DNA from: Terriglobia bacterium
GTDB lineage: Bacteria; Acidobacteriota; Terriglobia; Bryobacterales; Bryobacteraceae
NCBI GenBank assembly: GCA_010084195.1
Contig: RGPS01000004.1
Coordinates: forward strand, 12,000-75,999
Reading direction: 5' to 3'
DNA length: 64,000 bases
Part shown: in pieces, positions 36,132 to 46,298 of the stretch
How the letters are laid out: every line of letters starts with the position of its first letter
How positions within the stretch are numbered: position 1 is the stretch's first letter
Translations under genes and position numbers: made by a program
Notes under the pieces: model-generated
Database searches by the model: none
Told to the model about the DNA's origin: nothing
Seen by the model: the letters and a program-made list of their open reading frames with translations, nothing else

Positions 36132-38316
36132 GGGGTCTCTCTTCCTTGTCTTCTGCGGAGTACTGAATCAGGTCTTTGCCCGGGCCGATCCGGGTGAGGC
36201 GAACGCGCGTTGCGCCGGTGGCAAGATCGCCGGTGGCGGGTTCGTGGGCGAGCGCCAGAATCTCCAGGGGATTCGCACCACGCCCGGAGGCGTAGCGGCC
36301 AAAATGCTGGTGTCCCCCGCCCAGCGCCATGGACAAAACGCCGGGGACTGCTCCGGGGTGGATGTAAGCGGGTACGGTAATCGAGCCAGTGGCGGATTCG
36401 AGCTTCACATTGTCTCCCGAGGCGATGCCCAGCTTTTGAGCGGTAACCGGGTCGATTTCGACAGGCAAAGACCAGACGGCACTGGAGGCGGGGTCGGGAC
36501 ATTCCTGAAGCCAGGGAAGGTTGGACAACGAACCGTCATGAAGCTGGGGCGACAGATACGGTTGCAGCAGGAAGGGGCCATCCCCTTCGAACTTTGCGGG
36601 GTTCACGCTGAACGTTGCAGGGGAGGACACGGCTTTGGCGGCCGGCTTTGATTTGGGGGCCGGCACACTCGGCAACCCGGGGTCCGCATGGAATCCACCT
36701 TCGCGGACCACTGTTTCCCAGGGTAGATCTTTCGGCAGCAGGGGTTCCGCTATTTCTTTGGCGGTGGCTGGCTGGAAGGTGACGTTCATTCCCGCAGCGA
36801 GGGCGGCGAGGGTAGCGGGAACTGCCTGTGTCTCGTAGAGCGGCTGGACAAAAGCGCCACCGACCGCGAGGGAAACGCGGGAAGCGGTGGACGGGGCGAC
36901 TGCCAGTTCTCCTTCGAGCGAATGGTGGGCCGGGAGGATCAAATCCGCCCAGGCGGCTGAGTCATCAAGGGTGGTGGCGAAGCTCAGAACAAAGCCGGCT
37001 TTGGTGAGCGCTTCTTTGATGTGAGCCGATTTCGGTGCTGTGTAAAGCGGGTTGGCCTCGTCGAGGATGATGGCACGGGCCTGGCTTAGTGCCTCAGCAA
37101 AACGAGGATTCGTCAGGGGCTCAATAGCCGCCTTCGCGGGTGGCAAAATGCCGCCGGGGGCCCCGATGTTACCGAGCATCATATTTACGCAGTGTGAAGC
37201 GATGATCGCGTCCACTGAGTTGGTGTGAATCGACGACGCTCCGGCCAGCACGAGCGGCCCTTCAGAACGCCCCAATTGTTCGACGGCCTGTCGCAGACGT
37301 CGCTCGTCAATGCCGGTGGCAGCAATCAGCGCGGCCAGGTCGAAGCCGCGGAAGGCCGCCAGGACGCCTGCGGGGACGGAAGAGGCCTTGGGGGCTAAAT
37401 TCAGATCCAGCAAAATTCTGCCAACGGCTGCTAAAAATTGGGCCTCTGACCCGGGCTTGAGGGGTAGCCACTGGTCGGCTGCAGAAGCCGTGATCGATAA
37501 CCGGGACTCCGCATGGGCCAGGTACCCGCGGATTTCCGTGCGAGCCTGGCGGAACGCTCCGAACTGCCGGGCGTAATGGACCGGCGAGATCCAGCCGCCC
37601 AGGAAATCAGCCCCGACGCTGAGGATGTGTCGGGCGTTTGTAACGTCGTAAAACGGCAGGCCCTGCCAGTTGAGCGCCAGTTCAGCGGCCTTTCGTTCGG
37701 CAGCCCAGGAGGCCACGGAACACACGACAGGTTCCGGGGCTCCAATCGCTTTGGCGAACCCACGCAGCGCCAGGGTGCGGGTGTTCGCGCCGGGGCCGGT
37801 GACAATCGCGATCCTGTCTGCGGCCTCAGCTTTGATTTTGAGCAACTGATCCGAAGCTTCGGCAATCGCCTGCTTCCACGAGATCGGCTGAAATGTGGCT
37901 TCGCCGCGAACTCCCGAGCGTTTCATCGGGCCACGCAGACGGTCGGGATTGTAAAGGCTCTGAACACTGGCCTGCCCGCGGGCACAAAGGCGACCTCCAC
38001 TAACGTGATCCAGGGGGTTGCCTTCCAGCTTTTTAATTGCAGCCAGACGTTGGCGGAGCTTTTCGGTTTTGCCCGCAGTACTGCGCTCCACCGAAATGCG
38101 TTCAATGATGCGTTCGCCATCCATCACTCGTGCCAGAACACCACAGCCGGAGGGGCAGGCGGTGCAGACGGAAGGATGCCAGTATTCGACGCCGGGAATC
38201 AGGTCCTGTTCGGGGACGAGCAGGGGTATGAGCGCGTCGGTACTGGTGCCACAGCTGGTGGCCACGGCCCCGGCTGAGGCCGTCGAGAGGATCTTAAAAA
38301 AGTTTCTGCGCTCCAT
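36118..38316 (-). CDS. actB: Molybdopterin-oxidoreductase-like large subunit with Tat signal (ActB1 / PsrA-like)
   Basis: Has a twin-arginine signal (MERRNFFKILSTASAG). The N-terminus carries the Cys group CTACPSGC...LCARG, followed by an MopB-superfamily body and a C-terminal barrel domain (GDNVKLESATGSITVPAYIHPG). Confidence 0.85.
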   Translation of the reverse strand: MERRNFFKILSTASAGAVATSCGTSTDALIPLLVPEQDLIPGVEYWHPSVCTACPSGCGVLARVMDGERIIERISVERSTAGKTEKLRQRLAAIKKLEGNPLDHVSGGRLCARGQASVQSLYNPDRLRGPMKRSGVRGEATFQPISWKQAIAEASDQLLKIKAEAADRIAIVTGPGANTRTLALRGFAKAIGAPEPVVCSVASWAAERKAAELALNWQGLPFYDVTNARHILSVGADFLGGWISPVHYARQFGAFRQARTEIRGYLAHAESRLSITASAADQWLPLKPGSEAQFLAAVGRILLDLNLAPKASSVPAGVLAAFRGFDLAALIAATGIDERRLRQAVEQLGRSEGPLVLAGASSIHTNSVDAIIASHCVNMMLGNIGAPGGILPPAKAAIEPLTNPRFAEALSQARAIILDEANPLYTAPKSAHIKEALTKAGFVLSFATTLDDSAAWADLILPAHHSLEGELAVAPSTASRVSLAVGGAFVQPLYETQAVPATLAALAAGMNVTFQPATAKEIAEPLLPKDLPWETVVREGGFHADPGLPSVPAPKSKPAAKAVSSPATFSVNPAKFEGDGPFLLQPYLSPQLHDGSLSNLPWLQECPDPASSAVWSLPVEIDPVTAQKLGIASGDNVKLESATGSITVPAYIHPGAVPGVLSMALGGGHQHFGRYASGRGANPLEILALAHEPATGDLATGATRVRLTRIGPGKDLIQYSAEDKEERPHAHR

Positions 38317-38335
38317 GTGTCAGTCAGGCCTTTTC

Positions 38336-38809
38336 TCAGTAATGACAGGTAGCGCAGTCGTCAGAGGCGTTATTCTGGCGATGGCACGTAATGCAGGTGC
38401 CCATATTATGTTTCACGAGGGGCTGGGCTGTAATGGCGTTGGGCATGTCGCCATGGCAGGTGGCGCAGGGAACTTTGTGGCGGGCATGGGGCCCGTGGCG
38501 AAACTTCACTGCGGCAGCTTTCTCGAAACCGTAGACTCTCTGCCAGGGGATTTCCCGACCACTGGCGGCAATGGCGGCCAGTTTCTTAATCTCGGGCTTG
38601 TCGGTCGCAACCTTCGCATGACAAAGCATGCACTTTCGAATGCCTGGAATGGTTGCGGCATCCCGCGTATCCGCGGAAATGTGACAGTCAATACACTTCA
38701 GGTGGACTTTGTTGATGTGCGTAGAGTGGGGGAAGAGAATAGGCTGCTCGGCGCGCACAGCAGGCACGGAAACGGTTACGGCCAAGAACAACAGAAAATG
38801 TAGCTTCAC
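38336..38809 (-). CDS. actA: Pentaheme c-type cytochrome (ActA-like)
   Basis: 157 aa with a GTG start and a signal peptide. It has five CxxCH motifs (CIDCH, CMLCH, CATCH, CITCH, CATCH). Confidence 0.8.
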   Translation of the reverse strand: MKLHFLLFLAVTVSVPAVRAEQPILFPHSTHINKVHLKCIDCHISADTRDAATIPGIRKCMLCHAKVATDKPEIKKLAAIAASGREIPWQRVYGFEKAAAVKFRHGPHARHKVPCATCHGDMPNAITAQPLVKHNMGTCITCHRQNNASDDCATCHY

Positions 38810-38870
38810 GGTTCAGGGGTGACCGAGGGACTTTTTCTGAGTCTACCAAACGGGCACGTATCCTGATATA

Positions 38871-40242
38871 TCAAACGCAGTATCGGCGTTTGGGGACATG
38901 TGGACCGCTGCCGAGTTCGGCCAGCAGGCCTTTGGATACCAGGGCCTTGAGTCTCGTCAAAGTGGCTCGCTGTGACAGCCCAATCCCCTTCGCAACCTCA
39001 GCTCTTTAGCGTGGCACGCCCCTGTGTGCAAGGGCCAAAATGCGCTGGTTGGTATCGTCAATGTGAGGTTTTGTCTCCCGGGTGCTGTAGATCGTAACCC
39101 GGAAGCGCATGCCGATTTCCTCCAGCTTCGGTGCAGCAAGGCTGGCCTCCTGACAAGCGGACGTCATCCATTGAATTCCACTTCCCCACTGTTCGATCAG
39201 TCTCAGTTCGTGAAAAGCCCGCCCGCTCACTCGGTTCCGGAGTCCGGAAATGCCCTGCAGGATATCCGGAATTGTCAGGCCAAAGGGCAGGATACCGGGA
39301 TTCTCTATTTCAACCCGGTCATCAAATATGGCAACCCGGATCGGTGCTCCCTGCTGCGCGTAGTCAGCGTGGACCAGCGCGTTCATCAGGGCCGCGCGAA
39401 CGGCCACCAGAGGGATCGACCAGTGATCCACCTGCGGACGCCGGTGATGATCGATTCGTTGGTCATGTGCTTCTGGACGAATGCTACCGCCTCTTCGGCG
39501 GCGAGGGGCAAATATGATCGGATGGCCACGGAGTCGAGCATCCGCGCCCGGTTCGTTCCGGCAAACCGGCCGGCCTGAATCCACGAGTCCGGAAAATGAG
39601 CAAAGCGGTCCTTACCGAATAGAAGCAGGCGGCCGATAGTGGGAACTTCGCGGGGCCGATGCCGGACCGTAATGCGCAGGTTGGCCCATGAGGTCGCCAC
39701 CACTTTCCGGTAAGGGGCAAGGAGGTCGGAAGCAACTCGGAAGTCAAGAGCTTCCGAGTAGAGGTCAGGGATCGCCTGTTCGTCAAAAGAATTCGCTCAG
39801 CCCCCGCCCTTGAGCTCTTCAATTTACGAGGCTTCCGCCTTCCGATTTGTTGAGCCGAAACGAACGAAGACCCCGTCAACCGGACTCAGTCGCTGAAGGT
39901 GGTGAGGCCGTGTTCCGGGATAGACGCGCACCACGATGACACTGAGCTTCCGCCACGGAACTATTTCGATATCCGGCGTCAGGCGGGGCCGGATAGAGTC
40001 GGAAATCAGGCTCGCCAGCCTCTCTTCGGCGTCAAGCACATCAGCAAGACCCCGAATCTGCTTTGTCCTGTCTTCCATCCCAATGATCAGGGTGCCCCGG
40101 AGGTATTCGGAAACGCGACCAGGCACTTGAGCACACCCTCCGGTGAGGAGAGATCCCGCTTGTTTGAGCAGGTCGGCAAGCTTCCCTACTCCGCATTCTG
40201 CTCGGAAGCGGAGTAGGGTTGCAAGGCTTCCGGGTTCCCCAA
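38871..40242 (-). pseudogene. COG2865-type regulator/ATPase (AlbA_2 Schlafen-like N-domain + HATPase_c_4 + wHTH), heavily decayed
   Basis: The family pattern is recoverable only piecewise: ...VLKCLVAFPNTSG/GTLIIGMEDRTKQIRGL...VFVRFGSTNRKAEAS*IEELKGGG*ANSFDEQ...PTIGRLLLFGKDRFAHFP...IITGVRR/QVDHWSIPLVAVRAALMNALVHADY...IENPGILPFG...IEQWGSGIQ...RFRVTIYS...HRGVPR*RAEVAKGIGLSQRATLTRLKALVSKGLLAE. There are at least 4 in-frame stops (about 40187, 39824, 39800, 39006) and at least 2 frameshifts (about 40095, 39435). Confidence 0.75.
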
Positions 40243-40303
40243 AACTACTCCCCCGCTAAAATGAATTCACCTCCCCCGGGTTGCATAAAGACGCCGCACC
40301 GAC

Positions 40304-43300
40304 ATGGCTGACATCCCTTTCGTTCACCTCCACAACCACACCGACTACTCGCTGCTCGATGGAGCCTGCGAGATCGACCAGCTCATGGAGGTCTGCGAGC
40401 AGCAGAAGATGCCTGCCGTCGGCATGACCGACCATGGCAACCTTTTCGGGGCCGTCCCGTTCTATAACGCAGCCAACGCGAAGGGCATCCGGCCCGTTAT
40501 AGGCTGCGAAGTCTACGTTTCCGGTCAGGGGATGAAGGTCCGCTCCGACACGGATCGCTACAACCACCTCGTCCTCCTCTGTGAAAACCAGGAAGGCTAC
40601 CAGAACCTGATGAATCTGGTGTCGACGGCCTATCTGGAAGGCTTCTACTACAAGCCCCGGATCGACAAAGATCTCCTGGCGAGGCACTCCAAAGGCCTGA
40701 TCTGCCTGTCCGCATGCCTCCGCGGCGACCTGAACGAGAGCATTCTCAACGATAAATACGACGAAGCCAAACGCTATGCCTATGGCTATCAGGAGATGTT
40801 CGGGAAGGAGAACTTCTTCCTCGAAATCCAGGACCACGGCCTCGAACAGGACAAACGGCTGACGCCCCAGGTCAACCGCCTGTCTATAGAGACCGGCATC
40901 CCGATGGTCGCCACCAACGACTCGCACTACCTCCGCAAGGATGACGCCCGCGCTCACGAGATCCTGATGTGCATCTCGACGGGCAAGACCATCAACGATC
41001 CCAAGCGCATGCACTGGGATCACCCCGAGTTCTACCTGAAGACCCGCGACCAGATGATGGCCCTCTTCGGCGAACTCGAAGATGCGGTTGATCGCCCCTG
41101 GGAGATCGCGCAGCGTTGCAAGGTAAAGCTGGATAAGGTGCAGGATCCATTCCCTCGCTTTGATATCCCGCCGACCTTTAATACGGATACGTACTTTGCT
41201 TACGTGGCCCGGCAGGGCTTTGAACGTCGTCGGCCGCGCCTGGAAGCTCTGCGCGCCTCCGGCTGGCTGAAGCACGATCTGGCCGAATACGTGGAACGTC
41301 TGGAACGCGAGATCGCGATGATCCAGAAGATGCAGTTCCCCGGCTACTTCCTCATCGTCTGGGACTTCATCCGTTATGCGAAATCCATCGGCATTCCGGT
41401 AGGCCCAGGGCGCGGTTCGGCGGCCGGCAGTCTGGTCGGCTACGCCATGTCGATTACCGACGTGGACCCGATGCAGTACGGCTTGCTGTTTGAGCGCTTC
41501 CTGAATCCGGAACGCATCAGCATGCCTGACATCGACGTCGATTTCTGCATGCACCGGCGCGGCGAAGTGATCCAGTATGTGACGGAGAAGTACGGTCGCG
41601 ATCAGGTTGCGCAGATCATCACGTTCAATACGCTGGCCACCCGTGCGGCCATTAAAGACGTGGGCCGTGTCCTGGAACTGAGCTTCGCCGACGTGGACCG
41701 GATCACCAAGTTGGTGCCGAACACGCTGGGCATCAAGCTGAAGGATGCGATCGCACAGGAGCCGGGTTTCAAGGATCTGGCCGCGAAAGACCCCCGTGTG
41801 AAGGAAGTACTGGACGTGGCGCAGCGTCTGGAAGGCTTTGCCCGCAATGCTTCCGTGCATGCTTCGGCCGTTGTGATCGCGCCCGTTGCCCTGAAGACTC
41901 TGGTGCCGCTGTCACGCACCAACAAAGAGGAAATTGTCACCCAGTACGACATGGATGGCATTGAGAAGATGGGCATCCTCAAGATGGATTTCCTCGGTCT
42001 CACTACCCTGACGCTCATCGACGATGCCCAGAAGATGATTAAGCGCCGACATGGCGTGGACGTGGTGATTGATGACCTGCCGGTGGAAGACCCCGCTGCG
42101 TACGAAGTTTTCTGCAAGGGGTTCACTTCCGGGGTATTCCAGTTTGAATCGCCCGGTATGCGCGATATTCTGCGCCGCTACCAGCCGAGCCGGATTGAAG
42201 ATCTTACGGCGCTCAATGCGCTCTATCGCCCGGGCCCAATCCAGGGCGGCATGCTGGACGACTTCATTGAGCGCAAGCACGGCCGCAAAGCAGTCCTGTA
42301 TGACTTGCCGGAGCTGAAAGAGCTTCTCGGCGAAACGTTCGGCATCATCCTCTATCAGGAGCAGGTGATGCAGATTTCGAATCGTCTGGCGGGCTATTCG
42401 CTGGGTGATGCCGACATGCTCCGCCGCGCCATGGGCAAGAAGAAGCCTGAGGAAATGGCGAAGCAGCGCCAGCGCTTCATCACAGGCGCGCTGGAACGCG
42501 GGCATCCCCAAAAGAAGGTCGAAAAAGTCTTCGACTACATGGAGCAGTTTGCAGGCTACGGCTTCAATAAGTCGCACTCCGCCGCCTACGCCTTTCTCGC
42601 TTTTGTAACGGCCTATCTGAAAGCTCACTTTCCGGTGGATTTCATGGCCGCGCTGCTGACGTCGGAAACGGGCAACGTCGCCAAGGTGGTGAAGTACATC
42701 AACGAGTGCCGCGACATGGGGATTCGCGTTCTGCCGCCCGATGTGAACGCCAGCGAACTGACGTTCACTCCCGTCCGCGACGAACTGGGCGACGCGATTC
42801 GCTTTGGTCTGGGCGCGGTGAAGAACGTGGGGCAGGGGGCGGTGGAAGCGATCATCAAAGCCCGCCGGGCACTGGGGGCCTTCAAGTCGATCTACCAGCT
42901 CTGCGAAAAGACGGACATGACGGCGGTGAATCGCCGCGTAATGGAGAGTCTGATCCGTGCCGGGGCTCTCGACAACCTGGAGGGGACCCGATCTCAGCTG
43001 CTGCTCGGCCTCGACGGTGCCATGGAAGCCGGGGCACGTGCCGCCAAAGATCTGGCATCAGGCCAGGAAGGCCTTTTTGGTGGATTCCTCGAAGAAGACC
43101 AGCCGGAGCCACAGCTTCCCAAAGCGGCTGACTGGACGCCGAGGGAAAAGCTGGTGGGGGAGAAGGAAATGCTGGGGTTCTACGTCACCGGGCATCCTCT
43201 GGACGATTACGCGGACAAAATCAGCGAACTGGCCACCTTCGATTCGTCCAAACTGGAAGGCTTGGAAAAGGGTGCTGAAGTTGCCATGTGCGGCGTCCTG

Positions 43301-43774
43301 ACGGGGATTCAGCGCCGACGCAATAAAGAAGGCAAGCCGTGGGCCTCCTTCGTCCTGGAAGACCGGGTGGGGGCTACCGACTCCATGATCTTCACCACCT
43401 CTTACGAGAGCATGGCTCAAATGCTGGAAGAGGACAAAGCGGTCCTGATAAGGGGGATGGCGCTGCCGGAAGAAGGCAACCCCACCAAGATCTCGGTTAA
43501 GGAAATGGTGCCGCTGGATGTGGTGCGCGTTCCGCTCCCCAGTCTGATCAGCATCAAAGTGCCGGTGGGCCGGAATGGTCTGGATCGCGCGGCCGAGTTG
43601 CAGGCCCTTTTCGCCCGTAAGCCCGGCACCACCGGAGTGCGCCTGAAACTGGAAGCCGCGCGCGATTTCTCGCTGCTTCTGGACGTTCCGGCCAAGGTCC
43701 GGCCCGACAAAGAATTCAAAGGGGAAATCGAACGCATTTGCGGTCGGGATACTTTTGAGGCACTGGCGCACTAG
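40304..43774 (+). CDS. dnaE: DNA polymerase III alpha subunit
   Basis: 1156 aa. Starts with a PHP domain (FVHLHNHTDYSLLDGA), followed by the polymerase core, (HhH)2 and OB-fold regions. Confidence 0.95.
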   Translation: MADIPFVHLHNHTDYSLLDGACEIDQLMEVCEQQKMPAVGMTDHGNLFGAVPFYNAANAKGIRPVIGCEVYVSGQGMKVRSDTDRYNHLVLLCENQEGYQNLMNLVSTAYLEGFYYKPRIDKDLLARHSKGLICLSACLRGDLNESILNDKYDEAKRYAYGYQEMFGKENFFLEIQDHGLEQDKRLTPQVNRLSIETGIPMVATNDSHYLRKDDARAHEILMCISTGKTINDPKRMHWDHPEFYLKTRDQMMALFGELEDAVDRPWEIAQRCKVKLDKVQDPFPRFDIPPTFNTDTYFAYVARQGFERRRPRLEALRASGWLKHDLAEYVERLEREIAMIQKMQFPGYFLIVWDFIRYAKSIGIPVGPGRGSAAGSLVGYAMSITDVDPMQYGLLFERFLNPERISMPDIDVDFCMHRRGEVIQYVTEKYGRDQVAQIITFNTLATRAAIKDVGRVLELSFADVDRITKLVPNTLGIKLKDAIAQEPGFKDLAAKDPRVKEVLDVAQRLEGFARNASVHASAVVIAPVALKTLVPLSRTNKEEIVTQYDMDGIEKMGILKMDFLGLTTLTLIDDAQKMIKRRHGVDVVIDDLPVEDPAAYEVFCKGFTSGVFQFESPGMRDILRRYQPSRIEDLTALNALYRPGPIQGGMLDDFIERKHGRKAVLYDLPELKELLGETFGIILYQEQVMQISNRLAGYSLGDADMLRRAMGKKKPEEMAKQRQRFITGALERGHPQKKVEKVFDYMEQFAGYGFNKSHSAAYAFLAFVTAYLKAHFPVDFMAALLTSETGNVAKVVKYINECRDMGIRVLPPDVNASELTFTPVRDELGDAIRFGLGAVKNVGQGAVEAIIKARRALGAFKSIYQLCEKTDMTAVNRRVMESLIRAGALDNLEGTRSQLLLGLDGAMEAGARAAKDLASGQEGLFGGFLEEDQPEPQLPKAADWTPREKLVGEKEMLGFYVTGHPLDDYADKISELATFDSSKLEGLEKGAEVAMCGVLTGIQRRRNKEGKPWASFVLEDRVGATDSMIFTTSYESMAQMLEEDKAVLIRGMALPEEGNPTKISVKEMVPLDVVRVPLPSLISIKVPVGRNGLDRAAELQALFARKPGTTGVRLKLEAARDFSLLLDVPAKVRPDKEFKGEIERICGRDTFEALAH

Positions 43775-43804
43775 CGCGGGCCACTTCGCAATAATGGTAG
43801 CCGA

Positions 43805-45124
43805 ATGATCCGTATCCTCAGCGTCGCGATTCCTGCCCGCATTCTGACGCTTGTTCTGACGGAAACGGCAATCCTGTTCGGATGCTACTTCTTTGCCACA
43901 TGGCTTGATCCCGACACCGTCGAAATCTCCGCCTTCGTGCAGCTCGATTCCGGGCTGCAGCGCATCTCCATTATGGTCCTTATGCTCCTGCTTGGACTCT
44001 ATTTCCGGAACCTGTATGCTCAGGTGCGGATTCAAAACCGGCTGGAGTTGGTTCAGGAGCTGATCACGGTCTTCGGGGCGTCCCTCATAGGGCAGGGGCT
44101 GGTTCACTACATCGAGCGGGACTTGATCATTCCCCGCAAAACTATGTTGATTGGCAGTCCGCTGGCACTCCTGATGCTGGTGGCCTGGCGACTATTTTTC
44201 GATGCTGCTGCCCGCGATGAGAAGGCGGCTCAGAGGTTACTCTTCCTCGGCATGTCGCCGACGGTTCGTGAACTGGCCGCTCATCTGCGCACCCACCCCG
44301 AACTGGGCATCCTGCCGGTTGGTTACCTGGCCGACCACAAGCCGAGTGACCCCGAGGCCTCTCCGCTCCCCTGGTTGGGGTACTTTGCAGCTCTCGACCA
44401 GGTGATTGAAACGGAACAGCCTGGTTCTCTCGCGATCGCCAGCGGTGCGGAAATACAACCTGCCTGGAGCCATGATTTTCTGGAACTGGACTTTGGCGGC
44501 ATCCGAATCGAAGAAGTGAGTGGCCTCTACGAGCGCACTTTTGGGCGCATCCACGCTTCAGACGCGCGGCCCCCGCGCTTCATCTTGGCGGATGTATTTG
44601 AGCCGGATCCGGCGATTTTGAGGTTACAGGGGATCTATTCACCGGTCCTGGCGTTTCTCGTTCTTTTCCTGCTGTCTCCGCTGGTGCTGCTTGTTGGCCT
44701 GTGGATCCGGATTTCGTCCAAAGGTCCGGTTATGCTCCGACCGGTGCGGGCTGGTCTGCAGGGAGTGCCTTTTCGCCTGTGGCGCTTTCGCCTGCAGCGT
44801 GTCCCCGGGGCTACCCTGATTCGCCGCCTCAGTCTGGACTCGTTACCCCAGCTCCTGAATGTTCTCGCCGGGCAGATGTTGCTCATTGGACCAGCTCCGG
44901 AACGTCCGGAGTATGCCGAAGTTCTGAGCGAAACGGTTCCTTTTTACAGCCAGCGATATCGCGTGAAGCCTGGTCTGACCGGCTGGGAACAGATTCACCG
45001 GCTGGAGTCGGGCCCGCCAAATACCCTTCGTCGTCTGGAGTATGACCTGTACTACATCAAGAATCTGGCACCCTCACTGGATTCCGTGGTCTTGATGCTG
45101 GCGCTCAAAAAACGTTTTCTGTAA
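43805..45124 (+). CDS. Bac_transf-family polyprenyl glycosylphosphotransferase-like protein (EPS/PEP-CTERM-locus type)
   Basis: Has N-terminal TM helices and a C-terminal Bac_transf domain (LDSLPQLLNVLAGQMLLIGPAPERPEY...RVKPGLTGWEQI...EYDLYYIKN). The canonical LDELPQ dyad reads LDSLPQ. Confidence 0.8.
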   Translation: MIRILSVAIPARILTLVLTETAILFGCYFFATWLDPDTVEISAFVQLDSGLQRISIMVLMLLLGLYFRNLYAQVRIQNRLELVQELITVFGASLIGQGLVHYIERDLIIPRKTMLIGSPLALLMLVAWRLFFDAAARDEKAAQRLLFLGMSPTVRELAAHLRTHPELGILPVGYLADHKPSDPEASPLPWLGYFAALDQVIETEQPGSLAIASGAEIQPAWSHDFLELDFGGIRIEEVSGLYERTFGRIHASDARPPRFILADVFEPDPAILRLQGIYSPVLAFLVLFLLSPLVLLVGLWIRISSKGPVMLRPVRAGLQGVPFRLWRFRLQRVPGATLIRRLSLDSLPQLLNVLAGQMLLIGPAPERPEYAEVLSETVPFYSQRYRVKPGLTGWEQIHRLESGPPNTLRRLEYDLYYIKNLAPSLDSVVLMLALKKRFL

Positions 45125-45134
45125 GCCCCGGCAC

Positions 45135-46298
45135 TTATTTTGTCTGTGTCGGTTTCCAGATAACGGAAGGTGGCAGCACAAAAACTGCGATGGCCGAGAG
45201 CGCCGCTGCGTTCATCACCAGGAAGGTCCGGGCCGGTGACGACAGGCGCTTCAGTTTCCAGCCAGTCGGCACTGCGGCGTTGATGGCAGCCAGCAGAATC
45301 GGTGAGAACTCAAGGCCCATCGCCGCACTGCGGACAGCCCCGGGGGGAGTTGCCCACGTCGCCGCATACATCAACAGTAAAGTCCAGGGCAGTGCCAGGC
45401 GCCCGAACTTGTGTGACAGGAAATGCCAGCGCATGCGGTTCCGGGGCGTAAACAGGGCCGGCGTTCTGGCGTGCACCTGACAAAGTCCTGCCAGGGTCCG
45501 GAAACGTCTGCGGAATTCGGTTCCGGGCAGCGCCGGGACATCCCAGGCGATGGCGGCTGGATCAAAAATCACCCGAAACCCGGCAAAAAAAGCTCCCAGG
45601 GGGAGAATGGCATCGTCGGTCAGCGTATCCGGCGGAAGGGGCCGGGCCAGGCTCCGTCGCATGGCGTAGATACACCCGGTTGTGTTGAAGAGCGAGTCAA
45701 TCTCGGATTGGCGGCTCCGAGCCCAGATTTCGTAGCGCCAATAGAGATCCATATCGGCCTGCTCCCCCCGGTCGCCTCGGCGAAGGTGCATTTCGCCGGT
45801 GACCGCGCCTACGGTGGAGTCAGCAAAATTCGCTGCGAGGTGGCGCAGGGCGGATGGTTCGAGCGGTTGCCGCACATCGGTCAGAAACAGGATCTCGTTT
45901 TGTGCCCGGGCGAACCCGAGGTTCAGACAGGCTGCCTTACCGCCTTTGGGTGCCTCAATCAGGATAATTTTCGGCGTCCTGGCCACACGGGTCCCCGCAA
46001 ATTCGCGAACAAGTTGGCAGGTTTGATCGGTTGACCCGTCAGAGACGATGATGATTTCCAGCAACTCGGCCGGATATTCCAGGTCGCAAAGTGTCTCCAG
46101 CTTGGCCTGGATGAGTTTCTCCCCGTTGAAAACCGCCATCACTACCGAAACGGAAGGTCGGTGGGCCAGGTTTTTTGCTACCGCGGGGGCTTTTCTGAGT
46201 TTCAGACCCCAAAGTAACAGGGGGTAGCCCAGCACAATGTAGAACGCCCCCAGCAGGCCCAGGGCTGCCAGACCCCACGCGACCGCGCCGCCCGTCAC
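45135..46298 (-). CDS. Family 2 glycosyltransferase with C-terminal TM helices
   Basis: Contains VSVVMAVFNGEKLIQAKLETLCDLEYPAELLEIIIVSDGSTDQT (GT-A fold) and a D-x-D-like region. GTG start overlaps the upstream stop (GTGA). Confidence 0.8.
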   Translation of the reverse strand: MTGGAVAWGLAALGLLGAFYIVLGYPLLLWGLKLRKAPAVAKNLAHRPSVSVVMAVFNGEKLIQAKLETLCDLEYPAELLEIIIVSDGSTDQTCQLVREFAGTRVARTPKIILIEAPKGGKAACLNLGFARAQNEILFLTDVRQPLEPSALRHLAANFADSTVGAVTGEMHLRRGDRGEQADMDLYWRYEIWARSRQSEIDSLFNTTGCIYAMRRSLARPLPPDTLTDDAILPLGAFFAGFRVIFDPAAIAWDVPALPGTEFRRRFRTLAGLCQVHARTPALFTPRNRMRWHFLSHKFGRLALPWTLLLMYAATWATPPGAVRSAAMGLEFSPILLAAINAAVPTGWKLKRLSSPARTFLVMNAAALSAIAVFVLPPSVIWKPTQTK

